Positions 20,867 to 30,364 of a stretch of DNA of 64,000 nt are shown here, piece after piece. Both the position numbers and the translations under genes were made by a program. The stretch covers positions 1,974-65,973 of the forward strand of contig JBAYIT010000005.1 of the NCBI GenBank assembly GCA_041665485.1. The letters are read 5' to 3'. Within the stretch, counting starts at the first letter, position 1, and each line of letters opens with the position of its first letter. The notes beneath the pieces were generated by a model that worked only from the letters and a program-made list of their open reading frames with translations, did no database searches and was not told the DNA's origin. This DNA is from Candidatus Shapirobacteria bacterium. Lineage in GTDB: Bacteria; Patescibacteriota; Microgenomatia; UBA12405.

Positions 20867-21888
20867 AGAAAATTTATATAAAAACGTTTGGATGTGTGCA
20901 GAATAGGGCTGATAGTGAGCGGATAAAAAGTTATTACTGGAACGAGGGCTATGAGCTGACGAACAAGTTAGAGGAGGCGGATTTAGTAGTAATTAACACC
21001 TGTGTCATTCGGGAGTCGGCGGAAAACAGGGCATATGGACTAATAAATCAGTTAAAAGTTAAAAGTTACAAGCTGAAAGTTGTGGTAACAGGATGTTTGG
21101 TGGGAACGGCGATAAGACAGAAAAAAATAAGAGCATTAAAGGCAAAGTTTCCCGAAGTGAATGAGTTTTTGCCGATAACCAAGTTTGATTATCCCAATCC
21201 CCCACTCCGGGATAAAACTAAAGCGGCGATGATACCAATTAGTTCGGGGTGTAACCATTTTTGTTCGTACTGTATTGTGCCATTTGCCCGGGGGCAGGAA
21301 ATTTCAAGAGATATAGAAGGGATATTAAAAGAGGTTGATTGGGCGATTAAAGACGGATTTAAAGAAGTGGTCTTAATTGGACAAAGTGTAAATTCCTATA
21401 ATGATGGCAAATTTTTTGAATTATTAGAAAAAGTGGCCAAAAAGCCATTGGAGAAAGTCTCGTTTATTAGCAGTAACCCATGGGATTTTTCGGATGAATT
21501 GATTAAAGTGATAGCTAAATATAAAAATATTGATCGGTTGATCCACCTACCAATCCAGTCGGGTGATGATGAAATACTAAAAAAGATGAACAGAGGTTAT
21601 ACTAGAGCTTTTTATTTGAAACTAGTCGACAAAATTAAAAAGGAAATTGAAGGGGTGAGAATTTCGACAGATATAATTGTGGGGTTCCCAGGAGAGGACG
21701 AAAAAGCCTTTCAAAACACGGTTAAGCTTTGCGAAAAAGTAAATTTTGATATTGCCTATATCAATAAGTATTCGCCCAGAAGAGGAACGGTGTCGGCCAA
21801 AATTTATGCCGATGATGTGCCGATGGCGGAAAAGAAAAGAAGGTGGATGGTGTTGGAGAAATTGGTTAACGAGAAAGAATTACTTTAA
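20863..21888 (+). CDS. miaB: MiaB-like radical SAM methylthiotransferase lacking the TRAM domain
   Basis: TFGCVQN, INTC, VTGC (UPF0004 Cys triad); GCNHFCSYC; TDIIVGFPGE. Confidence 0.8.
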   Translation: MKKIYIKTFGCVQNRADSERIKSYYWNEGYELTNKLEEADLVVINTCVIRESAENRAYGLINQLKVKSYKLKVVVTGCLVGTAIRQKKIRALKAKFPEVNEFLPITKFDYPNPPLRDKTKAAMIPISSGCNHFCSYCIVPFARGQEISRDIEGILKEVDWAIKDGFKEVVLIGQSVNSYNDGKFFELLEKVAKKPLEKVSFISSNPWDFSDELIKVIAKYKNIDRLIHLPIQSGDDEILKKMNRGYTRAFYLKLVDKIKKEIEGVRISTDIIVGFPGEDEKAFQNTVKLCEKVNFDIAYINKYSPRRGTVSAKIYADDVPMAEKKRRWMVLEKLVNEKELL

Positions 21889-22749
21889 GTATTTAGCAAT
21901 GTTTTGGTTGTGCTCATCGAGGGTGGTGGCGTAGTACATTTGGCTGTCGAGGCCGGAGATGTAGAAAAGATAGTTGCTTGAAGTTGGATTTTGGGCAGCG
22001 AAAAGGGAGTCAACTCCGGGGTTGCAAATCGGACGGGGAGGCAAGCCAGTATTTTGGTAAGTATTGAAAGGTGAGTTAACTTTAAGGTCTGATTTAGTGG
22101 CAGGAAGCCAGTATTTGACGGGGGGGGTAAGACTATCGCGGGCATACTGAACCGTGGCGTCGATTTGAAGATGCATTTTTAGGGCAAGACGATTTTGCAA
22201 AATACCGGCAACTAGTTGTTTGTCGGGCCGAGTTTTGGCCTCACGCTCTAAAAGTGAGGCGAGAATAATAGTTTCAGAGTTATTTTGAGAAAGTGAGGAA
22301 ATTTTGGTGGCGATTTCTTCGGAAGTAAAACGGCGAGAAAGGCGATAAGTGTCGGGAATAATATAACCCTCGAGACTGGGGTTTAGAGCGATTTGGGAAG
22401 GGAAGAGTTGATTAATTTCTTCCAAACGCATACCGGGCTTAATGGTAACGGTGTATTCAAAGTCGCCACCACGGGTGATAGTGTCAAAAATTTCGGCTAA
22501 ATTTTGATGGCGATTTAAAGTGAATTGGCCAGCGTGGATTTTTGAGGCCTGGCCACTGATTTTGGCATAGAGATAAAAGCTAAGGCGATTCTTGATGAGA
22601 TTGGCGTTAACTAAGGTTTGAGAAATAAGGGACAAACCATCACCTGGGTTAATAGTGATACTTTGGGGCGAAGAAACAGGGGAAACCGGCAAAAAAGAGT
22701 AAATTAGAAAGGCAGGAATTAAGAGAAAAAGAAGAAGACTATATTTCAT
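21880..22749 (-). CDS. mltG: Endolytic transglycosylase MltG
   Basis: LEGYIIPDTY, ASLLEREA, LQIDATVQY, SPFNTYQNTGLPPRPICNPG; ATG 22749. Confidence 0.92.
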   Translation of the reverse strand: MKYSLLLFLLIPAFLIYSFLPVSPVSSPQSITINPGDGLSLISQTLVNANLIKNRLSFYLYAKISGQASKIHAGQFTLNRHQNLAEIFDTITRGGDFEYTVTIKPGMRLEEINQLFPSQIALNPSLEGYIIPDTYRLSRRFTSEEIATKISSLSQNNSETIILASLLEREAKTRPDKQLVAGILQNRLALKMHLQIDATVQYARDSLTPPVKYWLPATKSDLKVNSPFNTYQNTGLPPRPICNPGVDSLFAAQNPTSSNYLFYISGLDSQMYYATTLDEHNQNIAKYLK

Positions 22750-22936
22750 CAAACAAAGCTCGACGATAAGAGTTTTTCTTGGTGTCGTGAATGAAAATAC
22801 GGCCACAACGGCAAGTAACAGTATTTTTAGTTCTGACAACTTTGGAAATGCCCCGGGAGAGATTGTCGCCACAACCAACACAACGGCCTTGAGATAATAG
22901 CCAAGCCTGAATAGGAGAAATTAAATTTTTAAACAT
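22739..22936 (-). CDS. Small zinc-ribbon protein
   Basis: CVGC...CRCG; operonic between yqgF and mltG. Confidence 0.7.
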   Translation of the reverse strand: MFKNLISPIQAWLLSQGRCVGCGDNLSRGISKVVRTKNTVTCRCGRIFIHDTKKNSYRRALFDEI

Positions 22937-22946
22937 TTTTTATTTA

Positions 22947-23318
22947 TTAACTAATAACTCGACGAAGGATAACTGCTGCTGCCAGCGAATCAATGTCTTT
23001 GGAATAATCTCTTTTTTTTCGCCGATTGTCAACAAAGACGGAATTGGCTTCGATAGTACTAACCGCTTCCTCAACCGTCTCTATTGGTAATTTTATCACG
23101 GAGTGGAGTCTGTCAATAAACTTAAGAGTAAGCTTGCCTATTTTTCCCTGACTTAGACCAATATAAATGGAATCAATTTGATATTGGTCAACATAGTCTT
23201 GAATAAAGCTAAAGATGTTATGGTCGTTTTTTATTGACGAAAGAGGGGAAATGACACCGCGAACAGAAATAGCCAGGCCAACTCTTTTGGTGCCAAAATC
23301 AATACCGAGGTAATTCAT
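22947..23318 (-). CDS. yqgF: YqgF/RuvX pre-16S rRNA nuclease
   Basis: MNYLGIDFGTKRVGLA, VEEAVST, IDSLAAAVIL. Confidence 0.9.
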   Translation of the reverse strand: MNYLGIDFGTKRVGLAISVRGVISPLSSIKNDHNIFSFIQDYVDQYQIDSIYIGLSQGKIGKLTLKFIDRLHSVIKLPIETVEEAVSTIEANSVFVDNRRKKRDYSKDIDSLAAAVILRRVIS

Positions 23319-23319
23319 A

Positions 23320-24036
23320 TTAATTGTCGGCAATTTGAGTTTTAATGATTAGACGGCGAAGATATGTGCCGGGAGGGCTACAAGTGATAAGGGTTAGATA
23401 GCGGTTATCGAAACGTTGTTCGAGAACAGAGAGATCGGTTGGTTGAACTTCGTAAATTTCGGAAACAAGGTATTTATAACCTACAGTATCGTAATTGACA
23501 AAAATCTCGTCGCCAATTTTAAGCCGATAGAGAGTGGAAAAAATAGTCAAGTAAGATTTGGAATTAAAAAATTGGGGCAGAACTGAATGGCCAAAAATAA
23601 CAGTGTTGCCAAGTTGGCCGGGAAGGGCAGTTTCTGGATATTGAATAAGACTTTTTTTGAGATCATTACTACCAACAAGTACCTGAGCATCCTGAACTTT
23701 GAGTTTAGGAATGGAAAGGCGGTAATTTTGGGGAGAACCAGAGTCAAAAGACGGACTGGTGGTGCTGGGAGAAACAAACCAACTTGAGAGTTGAGTAAAA
23801 TCTTCAGATTGGCCCAGAACTACTCCCTGCCGATTATAAAAACTGGCAGATAAAGGATTGACAACCTGATGAAAACGGCTGGCATACTCGATTTGAAAAC
23901 TGACGAGAGGAAAAATAGCAGAAAATAAAAATCCGGCACCGGAAATAAAAAGAGTGAGAGCTAAAAGACGACGAAAGGGAAATTGCTGAGTAGAACGTTT
24001 AGGAGGCTGACTTTTTTTTAGGTAGATGTAGGCCAT
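23320..24036 (-). CDS. Sortase
   Basis: N-terminal TM, GNTVIFGHS (His), LTLITC (Cys), downstream Arg. Confidence 0.92.
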   Translation of the reverse strand: MAYIYLKKSQPPKRSTQQFPFRRLLALTLFISGAGFLFSAIFPLVSFQIEYASRFHQVVNPLSASFYNRQGVVLGQSEDFTQLSSWFVSPSTTSPSFDSGSPQNYRLSIPKLKVQDAQVLVGSNDLKKSLIQYPETALPGQLGNTVIFGHSVLPQFFNSKSYLTIFSTLYRLKIGDEIFVNYDTVGYKYLVSEIYEVQPTDLSVLEQRFDNRYLTLITCSPPGTYLRRLIIKTQIADN

Positions 24037-24038
24037 AT

Positions 24039-26054
24039 TTATTGGCTTTTAATTTCAACATTTATCCGGTTGGGATTAAAGGGGAAAAGATTGGTGATCT
24101 GAACCAGATTGAGAGGGCTGGTAAAGCGCCAATTATAAAGCCGAGAAAGAGAGCGACGAAGGATGTTGAGGGCAAGATCGGGACGGCGCCCGGCAATTAA
24201 CTTGGCTATTTGAGCAGTGTCGGCCGACGGAGTGAATGAGCCTTTAATTTGGAGGAAACCCTTGGCGGTAGTGGCTTCGAATTTTTCGGGGATAAATTCA
24301 AAGCTAAAATCGGATAAATTATAACTTGAGGATGAAAGCTGGCTATCTTTGGAAATAAGGCTTTTTATTAGGTCGGAACGACTGGATTCGGAAAGAAGAT
24401 GGGCGGTAAGAGAAATCTCTGCCTTGGCCGATAAAAGGTCAGAGACCTCGCCAACCTCACGGTTCAATTGGATCTTTTCTGATTTGGTCTGCCAAGAGCC
24501 GGAAAGGAGATCGGGAGTAGAAGAGGGAAATTTGATGTTTTTCTTAACTTCTTGAGTAATCTTAGTTTTATCGGCAGTGGAAACTATTTTTACTTCAGAA
24601 CGGTTACCTCCGGAAATTTCCGAACTAGTTCGGGCAACTAACTCGGTTTCGGGATAATCTTTAAAAACTAAATTAGTATTGGTGGCTAAATTAAATTCCG
24701 GGCCGATGTCTGAAGCAATAATGGAAACTTTTGTTTGGCCCATTTCAATAATCCCCTCCTCAAGTTTGGCGGTGCTGGGAGGAACTTGGACAGGCGAGGC
24801 TAGTTCATATTTTTTTTTGCCCTGATCCAAGAGAATTAATCCACGAGGCAAATTTTTTGCTTGGCTAACTTTATTGTAAAGAGTGATTTCACCTTTGGCG
24901 TTGTCACCAATAACTTTAGTGCCAGTGGTGGAAATAGTGGCTGATGTGGCAATATCGAGATTAATTAGACTAGTAGGAACGGAGGACGAACCAAGAACAA
25001 CCGGAATCTTCTCGTCAACAGAAAAAGGAGAGAGAAAAACAATAACACTGGCCGATGGAAGAAGATAAAATAAAACGGCAAAAATAATAACGAAGGCAGG
25101 AACTAACCAAATTTTATGGCTGAAGTTGGGGACCTTGATTTTTGGCAAATTAAGTTCGGGTAACTTGACTGAGGGGCCAGGAACTTTAGGTTCTATCTTT
25201 AGTTCTTCTTTTGGTTCTTCTTTTGGCTCTTCGGGTGGAAGATTGTTACTAAAACCAAGATCGGTAGGATCAACATCAACCAATGAGGGCGTGGTCACAA
25301 GAGGAGCAGATGGAGGCAGAGGCGAGGATGTAGGTGGAGTGATAACAGAAGAAAAGGCGAGAAAGGAGTCTATTGAACTTAAGCTGGTAATTTCAGGAAG
25401 ATGAAGAAAAAAGTCGCGACCATTGAGGGTTGGCCAACGAAAATTAGTGGTTAATTGGATGATTGAGGGGGTGGTTTGGCCAAAAAGAAAGATTTGGGGC
25501 GGAAAAACGGAATCCGGCGGAAAAAGAGAAAAGCAATCCTGAAATATTTGGGGGTCAAAAGGCTTAGTAAACGGATGACGAATTCGTTGAGTTATTTTAC
25601 CGACAATTACCAATGAAACAACAAAAGAAACATCGTCAAAATATGTCAAAACAAAGCTTTGGGGATTAGAATCTTTGCTGGCAAAATACTCAACAACCGC
25701 CTCATCAGAAGGAACAAAACCAAGAGGTTTAAGGGTTAGATCTTTGCAGACTTTTTCAACTAAGCCTAATTTTGAGGAAGTAATTTTACCGTCGGAACTA
25801 ACCCAAAAGGGAGGAATAACGAAACCAACTGAATCCGGTTCTTGATCCTCGGGAAGAGAGATATTGGCAGAGATGGTGAGGATAGCTGAATCAATGGCCT
25901 TAATTAAAGTTTCCGGGCTGTCAGCTTGCCAAGGAGAAATAGGGGCTAAATTTATAGTAGGCAGTGACGTTTGACTTGAAGAAACTAGGGCAACTGTGGC
26001 CGTCGTTTCATCAACATTGATCAACCAGAAACTTGGGTAGATAGTCCTCTCCAT
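24039..26054 (-). CDS. CPR-type membrane protein with baseplate J-like extracellular region
   Basis: Cytoplasmic N-domain, TM, TTGTKVIGDNAKGEITLYN, GPEFNL, ISGG motifs. Confidence 0.6.
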   Translation of the reverse strand: MERTIYPSFWLINVDETTATVALVSSSQTSLPTINLAPISPWQADSPETLIKAIDSAILTISANISLPEDQEPDSVGFVIPPFWVSSDGKITSSKLGLVEKVCKDLTLKPLGFVPSDEAVVEYFASKDSNPQSFVLTYFDDVSFVVSLVIVGKITQRIRHPFTKPFDPQIFQDCFSLFPPDSVFPPQIFLFGQTTPSIIQLTTNFRWPTLNGRDFFLHLPEITSLSSIDSFLAFSSVITPPTSSPLPPSAPLVTTPSLVDVDPTDLGFSNNLPPEEPKEEPKEELKIEPKVPGPSVKLPELNLPKIKVPNFSHKIWLVPAFVIIFAVLFYLLPSASVIVFLSPFSVDEKIPVVLGSSSVPTSLINLDIATSATISTTGTKVIGDNAKGEITLYNKVSQAKNLPRGLILLDQGKKKYELASPVQVPPSTAKLEEGIIEMGQTKVSIIASDIGPEFNLATNTNLVFKDYPETELVARTSSEISGGNRSEVKIVSTADKTKITQEVKKNIKFPSSTPDLLSGSWQTKSEKIQLNREVGEVSDLLSAKAEISLTAHLLSESSRSDLIKSLISKDSQLSSSSYNLSDFSFEFIPEKFEATTAKGFLQIKGSFTPSADTAQIAKLIAGRRPDLALNILRRSLSRLYNWRFTSPLNLVQITNLFPFNPNRINVEIKSQ

Positions 26055-26072
26055 TGATATAAGAATACAGCA

Positions 26073-27830
26073 TTAGGCAACTATTTCAGCATAGATTCGC
26101 CTTTTGCCTGAACCGGCCGATTCCTCTTTGGTAATTTTGAGTTTACCAATCTCGCCGGTGGCAGACACATGGGGGCCAGTGCAAACCTCTTTTGAAAAAG
26201 AGTCGATGGTGTAGACAGAAACTATTTCTGGGTATTTATGGCCAAAAAAGGCCAGAGCGCCCTGATTTTGGGCATCGGTAAATTTCATCTCTTCTCGAGT
26301 GACAGGTAGGTTTTTGGAAATTATTTGGTTGACAATTTTTTCGACTTCTATAATTTGGTCTGGAGTTAATTTTTCTTGATGGCTAAAGTCAAAACGAAGG
26401 CGGTCGGCGGTAATATTGGAACCTGATTGCTCTACATGATTGCCCAAAACTTGGCGCAAGGTGGCATGTAAAAGATGGGTGGCAGTGTGGTATTTGGTAA
26501 TAACTTCGGAGTTATCAGCCAGGCCGGATTTAAATTTCCCAGCCGAAAGAGTTTGGGAAAGTTTGATGTGATCAGATTTATATTTTTCAAATTCGCCTTC
26601 ATCTAAATCGAGATTGTTTTTGTTTAATTCTTCCTTAATTAATTCAAGGGGAAAACCAAAATTTTGATAAAGATCAAAAGCCTCTTTGCCGGTAACTTTG
26701 TGATTTCTTTTGATTAATTTATTTATTTCGTTTAGTCCTTTATCTAACGATTTCCTAAATCGGTTTTCTTCGGCTTCTAGAATTGATAATATTTTGACTT
26801 TGTTCTCATTTAATTCAGGGTAGGTGCCGGCGTAATTGGATTGGTTATCTAAAACAGATTGGCCGATAATTGAACAAATATTTTGTTCAATGCCGAGTAA
26901 TTTGCCATGGCGAATACTGCGGCGGATGAGGCGGCGGAGAACGTAGCCGGCTTCTTTGTTGCCAGGCTCGACTCCGTCGGCGATGATAAAAACGGCGGAG
27001 CGGATGTGGTCGGCAATAATTCGAAATGATTTTTGATAATTTAGATCTTGATAACTTTTCCCCGAAATTTCTTCAATTTTTTTGATAATCGACTGCCAGA
27101 TATCAGTAAGATAATTGTCGGAAAAACCATTGAGGACAGCAATGGTCCGTTCGACTCCCATGCCGGTGTCGATATTGTTTTGAACTAATTTTTCATATTT
27201 ACCCTGATCGTTTTTTAAATATTGAATCAAAACATCATTCCAAATTTCCAACCAATTAGGATTTTTAGGATCAAATACTTTGGGTGGATTATTGTCTTTC
27301 CACCAATAAAACATTTCCGTGTCGGTGCCACAAGGGCCGGTAACTCCAGGTGGCCCCCACCAATTATCAACAAGAAAATTAATTCGTTCCGGGGATAAAC
27401 CTAAATCGAGCCAGAGCTTTTGCGAGACAATGTCTTTTTCAGTGTCGCTATTGCCAGCAAAACAAGTGACAGCCAATTTATCAACAGAAATATTTAGGGT
27501 TTTGGTTAAAAATTCAAAACTCCAGGGAATGGCTTCGGATTTAAAATAGTCGCCCAAAGACCAATTGCCAAGCATTTCAAAAAAAGTGTGGTGATAAGAG
27601 TCGCCGACCTCATCGATGTCCCCTGTCCGAATACATTTCTGAATATTGGTTAGTCTCTTGCCAACCGGGTGAGATTCACCGAGAAAATAAGGAACTAAAG
27701 GCTGAATGCCGGAGGAAGTAAAAAGGGTTGATGGGTCGTTTTCAGGAACTAAAGGAGCGCTGGGGATTTCGACATGGCCCTTTTCGACAAAAAAGGCAAT
27801 GAATTTAGCTTTGAGTTCCGAGGCGGTCAT
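26073..27830 (-). CDS. alaS: Alanine-tRNA ligase (short form without C-Ala domain)
   Basis: HHTFFEMLGNWSLGDYFK, DTGMGVER, HTATH, EVCTGPH. Confidence 0.97.
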   Translation of the reverse strand: MTASELKAKFIAFFVEKGHVEIPSAPLVPENDPSTLFTSSGIQPLVPYFLGESHPVGKRLTNIQKCIRTGDIDEVGDSYHHTFFEMLGNWSLGDYFKSEAIPWSFEFLTKTLNISVDKLAVTCFAGNSDTEKDIVSQKLWLDLGLSPERINFLVDNWWGPPGVTGPCGTDTEMFYWWKDNNPPKVFDPKNPNWLEIWNDVLIQYLKNDQGKYEKLVQNNIDTGMGVERTIAVLNGFSDNYLTDIWQSIIKKIEEISGKSYQDLNYQKSFRIIADHIRSAVFIIADGVEPGNKEAGYVLRRLIRRSIRHGKLLGIEQNICSIIGQSVLDNQSNYAGTYPELNENKVKILSILEAEENRFRKSLDKGLNEINKLIKRNHKVTGKEAFDLYQNFGFPLELIKEELNKNNLDLDEGEFEKYKSDHIKLSQTLSAGKFKSGLADNSEVITKYHTATHLLHATLRQVLGNHVEQSGSNITADRLRFDFSHQEKLTPDQIIEVEKIVNQIISKNLPVTREEMKFTDAQNQGALAFFGHKYPEIVSVYTIDSFSKEVCTGPHVSATGEIGKLKITKEESAGSGKRRIYAEIVA

Positions 27831-27853
27831 GAGGGAATTATAACAATTTTCGA

Positions 27854-28564
27854 CTATATCCTACCTAGAGATGTTGGGTTTGTTAGATATTGAGAATGAT
27901 CTGGCAATTTCGCATCCAGCAATGCTTGATTTCTTCTTCTACAAGCTCTACATTGTCCACATTGTTGACCATCACTAGATGGTTTTAAACAACTGAAAGT
28001 TGCGACACTTAATAGGTCAGCTTCTAATCCTTCTTCGGAAACGGCTTGAGCAAAGACGGTAGATTTGTCTATATTTAATAGAGGTGCTGATATTTTAAGC
28101 CTACTCCCGGCCCCTGAAACACTATTTCTTGGAGTTAATGCTTGCATTTGTTGAAGGCAGTCTAGCATGGCTCTAGTTTGTGGCATATCTCTCGCATCTT
28201 CTAGAATACTACCGTTAGCGACTTCAATACCACCATGCATCCTGGCATAATCTGCGGCTAATCCATGAATTGAAAAAACGTTGCGCAAAATTGGTAACCC
28301 CCCAAATTCTCCAACACCCCAAAAATTTGTGGCCAAAGATTCAACTCGTAATACTCTTAGTTCAACTCCACATATTTCAGCAACTTGTTTGGCTGACATG
28401 TATTCCTGATAAGCATAATGAGCCCCCCAAGATATGTGCAATCCAACTACTTCCTGTTGGTCACCTCGATATCTTGCTTCTAGTTTTTTGTGCCAAAGTA
28501 AGGCAAATGAGTCAGGACCTCCCGATACTTCGACAAAGACTTTTGGTTTTTGGAATTCAGGCAT
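27854..28564 (-). CDS. QueC-family PP-loop ATPase (divergent 7-cyano-7-deazaguanine synthase-like)
   Basis: VSGGPDS PP-loop, APLLNIDK, TFSC-x9-CGQCRACRRR zinc site. Confidence 0.85.
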   Translation of the reverse strand: MPEFQKPKVFVEVSGGPDSFALLWHKKLEARYRGDQQEVVGLHISWGAHYAYQEYMSAKQVAEICGVELRVLRVESLATNFWGVGEFGGLPILRNVFSIHGLAADYARMHGGIEVANGSILEDARDMPQTRAMLDCLQQMQALTPRNSVSGAGSRLKISAPLLNIDKSTVFAQAVSEEGLEADLLSVATFSCLKPSSDGQQCGQCRACRRRNQALLDAKLPDHSQYLTNPTSLGRI

Positions 28565-28572
28565 ATGTGTTG

Positions 28573-29358
28573 CTAATTTGTAATGTGCTTGACCAGTAAA
28601 CTATTATAAATTTCCACACAGTGCGCAACGTGATCGCGAAAACCCCTATCTTCTGGAAATTCGGTAACATCAGGAACTCTTTCTGTTGGCGATTCAAGAC
28701 AAGTGCTTTGAAGGACGCGAGTGTATAGATGACTATGATCGCCCTCTAGATTATCTAAATTGACGTCATTAGCACTTGGCCAAACGAGATACGAAGGATC
28801 AAAGTCTAAATTAAAACAACTAAAGACTGATGGGAAAACAGAATGAGGATATTGACGAAATTTAGTGGCGTCAACCAAAAAGTATGGCTTTTGGTTGGCT
28901 CGGCACCACTCGATTTGTTTAGCTAAGAGTTCCCAACCGGATTCAATAAATGGAAATAAAGGGCTAGCACCGACTTCTGTTTTCTTTTTCATGCGAGAAT
29001 CGATGCTAAGTCGAGGATCCCGAATAAGGAAAGCTATGGGGTATTGTGTTAAAGAAGCTAGTAGAGGAAAATTCTCACCAACTTGATAGGGCATTTCTTT
29101 TATAACCAGGCCACCGCGTGTTTTTGGCTTATCGCACAGATGACTTATATCAATTGGGTTAAGAATCTTTCTTAAAGCAACTTCGGTCGTATCCCCGCGA
29201 TAATAAGTAGTTTCAAATGGTTCGTGACAATAATATTGTACTTCTGGTGACTGCCAAAATACCCGAGCAAAAACGGTAGAACAACAACGAGGCGGAGATA
29301 CTGCTAAATAGATGTTTGGATAATTTTGCCTTATTTGTTCGGCAGATATTGATCCCAT
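28573..29358 (-). CDS. Sulfotransferase-family (P-loop) protein
   Basis: SPPRCCST 5'-PSB-like, HEPF, IKEM, FLIRDPRLSIDS 3'-PB-like; TTGACA-17-TAACAT promoter. Confidence 0.75.
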   Translation of the reverse strand: MGSISAEQIRQNYPNIYLAVSPPRCCSTVFARVFWQSPEVQYYCHEPFETTYYRGDTTEVALRKILNPIDISHLCDKPKTRGGLVIKEMPYQVGENFPLLASLTQYPIAFLIRDPRLSIDSRMKKKTEVGASPLFPFIESGWELLAKQIEWCRANQKPYFLVDATKFRQYPHSVFPSVFSCFNLDFDPSYLVWPSANDVNLDNLEGDHSHLYTRVLQSTCLESPTERVPDVTEFPEDRGFRDHVAHCVEIYNSLLVKHITN

Positions 29359-29471
29359 TGGCTTTGAATGTTAACATCAGGAGGACGAGGTGTCAACAAC
29401 CCACTACATATTGCCTACATATTTAACTTAGATTAAACAGCTTGGCTTGAAAGACGCAGGATTTTTATTAC

Positions 29472-29735
29472 TTATGGTTTTCGTAATCGCTTTGGGCCGA
29501 AGAGGGCGTTGAGGGTGGCCAGGGCGGATTTAATGACCATGATAAGTTTGGAGGCAGAGGTAACTGGGCCGGCAACTGAATTGGTGATTTGTTTGGTGTC
29601 GTCGAGGATGGAGTTGGTTTTTACTAAAATGCTTTTAACATCGGCATAAATTGAGAATATGAAAAAGGCAAGGGCAGCAAATAAAGTGCCCAGGGCTAAA
29701 AGAACACCAGCGGAGAGAATTTGATTTATTTCCAT
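29472..29735 (-). CDS. Small membrane protein (DUF948-like)
   Basis: N-terminal TM plus amphipathic helix; TATACT 6 nt before the ATG. Confidence 0.65.
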   Translation of the reverse strand: MEINQILSAGVLLALGTLFAALAFFIFSIYADVKSILVKTNSILDDTKQITNSVAGPVTSASKLIMVIKSALATLNALFGPKRLRKP

Positions 29736-29749
29736 AGTTTCAGTATAGA

Positions 29750-30355
29750 CTAAAAATGATAATTTTTGCTAGTGATAGTAGTTTTGCCGGAAATTGAGCG
29801 GGACTCAATGGTAACATCAAGGCCGGTTTGCGGTATTTTCAGTTCAGTGGAAAATTTACCATCGGGGTCAACTAAAATCGGTTCACCGTTAACAGAAACA
29901 GTGGCTTCAGAATCGGTTTGACCGGTAATGTTGGCAGTATTATCAATAATCAAATTATTTTCCGGCCAAATAACTGATAATTTGGGTGGACGGCTGTAAC
30001 TTAAGTATTCAAAATAGAGATAACTGGCAAAAGCCAAAAATAGGACTAATAAAGATAACTTAAAAATAAAATTGGGAGTTATTCCCAAACTTTGACGACG
30101 GAGAGGGCTAGATGACGACTCACGATTGAAGTCGCGACGGAAAATTCTTAATATTTCTTCACCATTAAGATTGAGAAAGTTGGCGTAATCTTTAATTATG
30201 AGTGAACAATATGGTTCTTGGGGAAAAAGTGACTTATTTTCTTCTTCGATGGCCTGCAAATATTTCTGAGGGATTTTGAGTTTTTTGGAAACCTCAACAA
30301 AATCTAGTTCTTTATCCAGACGGGCGTGAGAGAGAATAGTTGAAGCGCGAAGCAT
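29750..30355 (-). CDS. RodZ-like HTH membrane protein
   Basis: HTH (EVSKKLKIPQKYLQAIEE...YANFLNL), TM, Ig-like C-terminus; follows ftsK. Confidence 0.8.
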   Translation of the reverse strand: MLRASTILSHARLDKELDFVEVSKKLKIPQKYLQAIEEENKSLFPQEPYCSLIIKDYANFLNLNGEEILRIFRRDFNRESSSSPLRRQSLGITPNFIFKLSLLVLFLAFASYLYFEYLSYSRPPKLSVIWPENNLIIDNTANITGQTDSEATVSVNGEPILVDPDGKFSTELKIPQTGLDVTIESRSISGKTTITSKNYHF

Positions 30356-30364
30356 AGGTATTTT

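Noticed and set aside
24039-26054. Prophage suggested by the baseplate J-like gene (and the Bro-N gene)
   Set aside because: No other phage genes; the gene has host codon usage and sits in a housekeeping operon.
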